A DNA stretch of 64,000 nt from Candidatus Poribacteria bacterium (GTDB lineage Bacteria; Poribacteria; WGA-4E; PCPOR2b): positions 2,240,001 to 2,304,000 of the forward strand of contig OZ242326.1 in assembly GCA_965208325.1 (NCBI GenBank), in the 5' to 3' direction. Under the pieces are notes generated by a model, which saw only the letters and a list, made by a program, of their open reading frames with translations, searched no databases and was not told the origin of the DNA. Each line of letters starts with the position of its first letter. Position 1 is the stretch's first letter. Made by a program: the position numbers and the translations under genes. Positions 59,307 through 64,000 of this stretch are shown here, piece after piece.

Positions 59307-60059
59307 TTACGGGGCGTGTTTGATTGTTGCCCATGTGGTCACTAGCGACCCTTCGGGCGATACAGCTTCCCCGTCGCTGCCTAAAAACAGCGTCGATACT
59401 TCGTCTGCACTGAGCGCACGATTATAGACACGCAAATTGTCCATGCAACCCACGAACGAATTCAATCCGATATTCCCAAGCCAAAGGTCGGATTCGTTTT
59501 GTTCGATTGGTCCAGGGATTCCGTCGTTGCCGCCGACGACTTCGCCGTCAATGTAGTGAGTCGATACTTGTCCGTCCAACGTCGCCGTAACAAGATGCCA
59601 CTCGTTCAAACTCAACGGCTCTGCGGGAGCTGTACCGTGCCAACTGCCTTCTGCTCGGATTTCAAGGCGGCCGCCTCCCCTAAGCAGATCGAAGTTGTAT
59701 TGTTGGTGTTTGTAAACCAGTCGGTTCTCACCTTCGGGGTCAAAGTCTTCCAGATTGACCCAGACTGCAACCGTGAACGCGTTTGTAACCAGAAGACCGG
59801 CGCCAGAAATTGTCGCCTTTCGGTCGGGGTCGGCAAAGCGCAAGCATTTGCCGCCCTGATAGCCGTCATCTGACCGCTCGGCGGTTTGAAGCGTCCCGTC
59901 ATTTCCATTTCCGGTGATATCCATCAGGACATCCCCATCGCCCTCAAAGTCGAAGTGTGCGAGGAGCCCCGCTTCAAGGTCGGCGGATACCGGCGAAACC
60001 ATCCCCCACGCCAATACAGTAAGGGCAGAAATCAAACTCAACACCATGTGACGTTGCAT
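59307..60059 (-). CDS. Secreted LamG-like jellyroll protein (tandem paralog)
   Basis: Signal peptide, YKHQQYNFDLL shared with the neighbour, tail VSPEGSLVTTWATIK; ATG 60059 follows GGAGG. Confidence 0.88.
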   Translation of the reverse strand: MQRHMVLSLISALTVLAWGMVSPVSADLEAGLLAHFDFEGDGDVLMDITGNGNDGTLQTAERSDDGYQGGKCLRFADPDRKATISGAGLLVTNAFTVAVWVNLEDFDPEGENRLVYKHQQYNFDLLRGGGRLEIRAEGSWHGTAPAEPLSLNEWHLVTATLDGQVSTHYIDGEVVGGNDGIPGPIEQNESDLWLGNIGLNSFVGCMDNLRVYNRALSADEVSTLFLGSDGEAVSPEGSLVTTWATIKHAP

Positions 60060-60169
60060 AAATTTTACCTCCAAATGGGTTATTATTCGCTATGTGCTTC
60101 AAGATACGTGAAATTAAAATTATAGCATGATTTATTGGATACTCGCCACAAAAAAACTCTCGCCATATT

Positions 60170-61114
60170 TCACAGCTTCGTGGCGGCAATACCCACCCAA
60201 CTATCTTGCTCCTGAATCTCAATACATTGAAAACCGTTCGCTGCCAACTGCATTTCAATCTCAACCGCTTCCTTCCCCAAAATTCCTGACAATACAACTT
60301 TCCCTTCACTTTTGAGATATTGCGGACAGCGAGGAATCATGGGTAGAATTTCCTCCGAAAGCGTGTTGGATATGATGAGGTGATATGTACCGCACAGCGC
60401 ATTCAGCCCGTCGCCCTGCTTCAGATGGACGATGGGCTCGACGCCATTTTGTAGAATATTTTCCGACGCAATCGGCATCACTGCCTCATCTATATCTGTG
60501 GCATCGACCCGCGCGGCGCCGAGCTTGGCTGCCGCAATCGATAAGATGCCGGTTCCGGTGCCAACGTCGGCGGCAATGTCACCCTTCCTGATAATCTTTT
60601 CCAACAATTCCATTGATACTTGGGTCGTGGGGTGATGCCCAGTCCCAAACGCCATCCCCGGATCTAATCGGATTAGGATTTCCGAATCATCGGGCATAAA
60701 CTCATGCCATGTTGGGGCGATAACGATGCGTTTTCCGATGCGGTGAGGGTGGAAGCCGGATCGCCATTTCGCAGCCCAATCTTCTTCTTCAACCTCGCTC
60801 AACCAAACTTCCGCCGGATGAGGATTCATCCCGATTTCGGGTAGCTGCGCTAGAAATTTTTGTACCGCCTGAACACGATCACTAACAACATCGTCCGCGC
60901 GAAAGTAGGAAATTAGCTTCACCGCGGGTTGAGGCGAGGTCGAATCTTCTTTAACCTCAATGCCGTTCGCATTCAACTCAAACAAGTAATTCGAGACAGC
61001 GTCAACTGCTTCATGAGAGGTTACCACGGTGAGCTGCGTCCATCTCATAATACTAACTTCATCATAGTTTGAGTCCGGCGAACTTTTTTCTGCGCTGCCG
61101 ATAGACGAACGCAT
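60170..61114 (-). CDS. prmA: Ribosomal protein L11 methyltransferase
   Basis: EEDWAAKW, LDPGMAFGTGHHPTT, DVGTGTGIL, LSGIL; alternative start 61048. Confidence 0.93.
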   Translation of the reverse strand: MRSSIGSAEKSSPDSNYDEVSIMRWTQLTVVTSHEAVDAVSNYLFELNANGIEVKEDSTSPQPAVKLISYFRADDVVSDRVQAVQKFLAQLPEIGMNPHPAEVWLSEVEEEDWAAKWRSGFHPHRIGKRIVIAPTWHEFMPDDSEILIRLDPGMAFGTGHHPTTQVSMELLEKIIRKGDIAADVGTGTGILSIAAAKLGAARVDATDIDEAVMPIASENILQNGVEPIVHLKQGDGLNALCGTYHLIISNTLSEEILPMIPRCPQYLKSEGKVVLSGILGKEAVEIEMQLAANGFQCIEIQEQDSWVGIAATKL

Positions 61115-62004
61115 TAGATGGAGCCGGGTTGTGATTCCCCTTTGTAATATGGACCGTAGTGAGGACCGATTAGGTTTTCGCTAACCCCGGGCCCCGATTG
61201 ACCGCCTGTGATTAGAAAATCGTCGCCTATGCCGCACAACCAATTGTACATGTCAGCGACATACTTGGTTAGGTGTCGAGGAATTCGATCAGAAAGCGCC
61301 GTCCCCAAATTGAAGTCCGGCTCAATAATCCAATCCCTTTCCGGGCTTACTGTGCGCCAGTAGTCGTATTTCAGCATGTGCCGCACACCCGATGCTGTAG
61401 CGTCGCTTTTTCGATGCAGAATGCTTTGGGAATGGACAGCAAGCGTGCCAGCGGGTCCGGCGGAGGAAACCCCTTGAGCCAGTTCCGGCGCATAAGGCGG
61501 ATCAAGATGCGATGTTGGTACAATTTCGGTAGGCCCCATCTCAGGCGGCGTATCCTGCGGAACGTAAAATACCTCAATGAAGTTGATTTTTGGACCGCTG
61601 ACGAATCCACCGTCATGATGCCATCCTTGTGACGGAGACGGACAGTTTGTGGAATGCCGGCTCATGAGGACCGGCAGCCCGACATTTCTGCCCAACAGCG
61701 AACGTAACACACCGGTCACTTGAGGATTGAGAATCACATTGTCAATGAACCACTCCTCTAGATAGAGCGTGCTAGGTTCATGCGAGTTGCGGATTCTCTC
61801 CAAATCCCGGCGGGTGCGTCCCTCAGGAATATAACTCGGGTTCGAAGGCAGCTCCCCATTCAGATAGGCGCACGTGCGTTGATTCGTTTCATCATCAATC
61901 ACACCTTCTAGGATTAGGTACCCGTCTCGGCAGAAATCCAGAATCTGCGTGTCGGTTAGGGTCGGTTCACAGTCAAACGTTCTATTGATTTTGTCGTAAT
62001 TCAT
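61114..62004 (-). CDS. Phytanoyl-CoA dioxygenase (PhyH) family protein
   Basis: FCRDGYL, WHHD, MGPTEIVPTSH, ILHR: Fe/2OG HxD...H triad. Confidence 0.82.
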   Translation of the reverse strand: MNYDKINRTFDCEPTLTDTQILDFCRDGYLILEGVIDDETNQRTCAYLNGELPSNPSYIPEGRTRRDLERIRNSHEPSTLYLEEWFIDNVILNPQVTGVLRSLLGRNVGLPVLMSRHSTNCPSPSQGWHHDGGFVSGPKINFIEVFYVPQDTPPEMGPTEIVPTSHLDPPYAPELAQGVSSAGPAGTLAVHSQSILHRKSDATASGVRHMLKYDYWRTVSPERDWIIEPDFNLGTALSDRIPRHLTKYVADMYNWLCGIGDDFLITGGQSGPGVSENLIGPHYGPYYKGESQPGSI

Positions 62005-62132
62005 CGTGGATCACCCCAATCAAGTTTGAAGTCTCTTCGCTCGTCTGCATGCCAGCCGAAACTCAAACCAGCCGTATTAGTTATTATTACGTATTGACGA
62101 TTCTCCGTCAACCCATAAATACGTGTATGTCA

Positions 62133-63113
62133 TTACCCAATTTCCCAATCGAGCAGTACCCCCATGGCTTGATTCATCCGGTTGTAGAGTAAATCAAACG
62201 CGTCCGCAGCCTGGCTGAATGGAAATCGGTGAGTTGTCATCTGCTCTGTCCGGACGATTCCGGATCCGAGAAGTTCCATCGCGCGGCGAGAAATCCCCGC
62301 TCCAACCGTCTGGCCGTAGTAACCCCCGAGTATCTGCCGCCGCTGAATTTTCCCGCTCCACAGCGGCAGGGGCGCATCTTCGTACAGTCCAATCAAATGC
62401 AATAAACCCCCAACAGCGAGCATATCTAACCCCTGGTCAAACGCGTCGGGTCCCCCAGGACCGCCGACGGCGTACACAACAATATCGGCGCCAATGCCGT
62501 TGGTTAGCCGGCGGACAGCTCGAACTGCATCTTCATCAGACGCGTTGATGACAACGTCGGCGCCCAATGTTTCAGCTAACTGACACCGGTTGTCCAATGT
62601 GTCAATTGCAATTACACGCCCATTGCCGTTGGCTTTTGCGACCTGCATGATTAGGCTGCCGACCAGTCCCTGCCCCACTATTACAACCGTGTCATTCGAT
62701 TGAATGTTTTCGATGTCCACCCATGCTACCGCGCCCGACACCAGGGGATAGTAGGGAGCCTGATCGAAATTCACGGTCGATAGCATGGGAACCACTTGCG
62801 CGTGCTCCTGCGGCGAACTTACACGCGCGGGCCGAACAACATATTGAGCGTGCGGCGCCGAAGCAACCACCCGATCGCCGACCGCGAAGTGCTCAACGCC
62901 CGCACCGACAGCGTCAACAACTCCCGCCAGCGAATATCCCATCCGTTCCGGGTCAATCGCTGATGCTCGTGTATACCGTCCACCCATCTCCGATCCCCGG
63001 CTGATAAGGCTCCGTACCGCTTTGACACGAACCTCGCCGTGGCCCGGTTCAGGTGTGGGAACCTCCTCTATGACGATATTAAACTTGCCTTCCGGTTTGC
63101 AAACCCGTTTCAC
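62133..63113 (-). CDS. Medium-chain dehydrogenase/reductase family oxidoreductase
   Basis: GroES-like domain, GQGLVG Rossmann motif, THRFP; canonical Zn ligands replaced (ISRGSE, GYS). Confidence 0.82.
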   Translation of the reverse strand: MKRVCKPEGKFNIVIEEVPTPEPGHGEVRVKAVRSLISRGSEMGGRYTRASAIDPERMGYSLAGVVDAVGAGVEHFAVGDRVVASAPHAQYVVRPARVSSPQEHAQVVPMLSTVNFDQAPYYPLVSGAVAWVDIENIQSNDTVVIVGQGLVGSLIMQVAKANGNGRVIAIDTLDNRCQLAETLGADVVINASDEDAVRAVRRLTNGIGADIVVYAVGGPGGPDAFDQGLDMLAVGGLLHLIGLYEDAPLPLWSGKIQRRQILGGYYGQTVGAGISRRAMELLGSGIVRTEQMTTHRFPFSQAADAFDLLYNRMNQAMGVLLDWEIG

Positions 63114-63348
63114 AGTCCGTCCTTTCTACGACAAACTTTAGACGAATATTCCTAACAAACGGTTGAATTGATGGGACACGCCGCGCCGTGGTTCTAGGTC
63201 GTTTTTATGGTATGCTCACTCGTCGTGTGCGTTCACGCGGTTCGCAATTTAGCAAAGACAATATATGATGTCAACCCAAAAATCGAAATTTTACCGTTTT
63301 ATCTATGCCGTCCAAAAGACTTTAGCGACAGATTGAGTTTCTTTCAAC

Positions 63349-63377
63349 TTGACAACGCAATCCAGTTATGATATTAT
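63349..63377 (+). promoter_or_regulatory. sigma70-type promoter of rplM
   Basis: TTGACA-N17-TATTAT with extended -10 TG. Confidence 0.6.
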
Positions 63378-63477
63378 TTCGGGCTGTGCTCAACATCAAT
63401 GTTGCTTCATCTATAGAAGTTGGATCGCTAGTAAAGTGCAGGGCACACATTCTTGTGATTACGCGTAGGAGCAGATT

Positions 63478-63915
63478 ATGCTTACAATGAAATCATACGT
63501 TTTTAAAGAATCGGACTGGGAAATCAAGTGGTATGTCGTAGACGCAAATGGAAAAGTGCTCGGGCGTTTGGCGACTCAAATTGCGACCATTCTTCGGGGA
63601 AAGCACCGTCCGACTTTTACGCCGCATGCCGATATGGGGTATCGCGTCGCCGTTGTTAATGCCGAGAAGGTCATCGTCACGGGAAAGAAAGCCGAACAGA
63701 AAACCTACTTTCGTTACAGCGGCTATCCAAGCGGGGACAAATACACCACCTTCAAAGAGCAGATGCAGAAAAAACCGGAAGAAATTATAAGACATGCCGT
63801 GAAGGGAATGCTGCCGAAAAATCGCTTGGGACGAAAATTGATTAAAAAGTTAAAGGTTTACGCCGGTCCGAATCATCCGCACGATGCGCAGCTACCCGAA
63901 ATAGTGGAGATTTAA
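63478..63915 (+). CDS. rplM: 50S ribosomal protein L13
   Basis: [43 protein letters not shown]. Confidence 0.98.
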   Translation: MLTMKSYVFKESDWEIKWYVVDANGKVLGRLATQIATILRGKHRPTFTPHADMGYRVAVVNAEKVIVTGKKAEQKTYFRYSGYPSGDKYTTFKEQMQKKPEEIIRHAVKGMLPKNRLGRKLIKKLKVYAGPNHPHDAQLPEIVEI

Positions 63916-64000
63916 CCTTCAGCAAAGGCGATGTGTTCACTAATGCTCCGATTCGCCTGTCAATTAAACCAGAGACGGGCAGTTTTCGGCTAAAATCTTT

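Overview
Gene-dense bacterial chromosome window. Six secreted proteins ending in a shared KLATTWATLK-like tail, DUF6785/6784 membrane proteins, a PhyH dioxygenase and archaeal-type CoA enzymes suggest a Candidatus Poribacteria-like organism (inference only). Housekeeping genes: proteasome ATPase arc (truncated at the left edge), recA-thpR-pgsA-lolA operon, htpG, prmA, rplM. Metabolic genes: AtuA pair, xanthine-dehydrogenase-family molybdoenzyme plus MoaD/ThiS, ino1, and archaeal-type pantoate kinase and phosphopantothenate synthetase. A plastic segment (about 15.3-25.2 kb) holds duplicated LamG genes, three REPIN-like palindromic elements, two MITE-like elements, and a putative defence pair (ABC-type ATPase + PIN-like nuclease) translationally coupled to a decayed restriction-modification S-subunit fragment. 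A giant TPR-thioredoxin gene is split by a one-base frameshift. The best candidates for undescribed biology are the shared C-terminal tail (possible sorting signal, with a PorV-like barrel and TonB in the window) and the ATPase-PIN cassette. No rRNA, tRNA, CRISPR array or intact transposase was seen. All calls come from reading the sequence by eye; no database searches were run.
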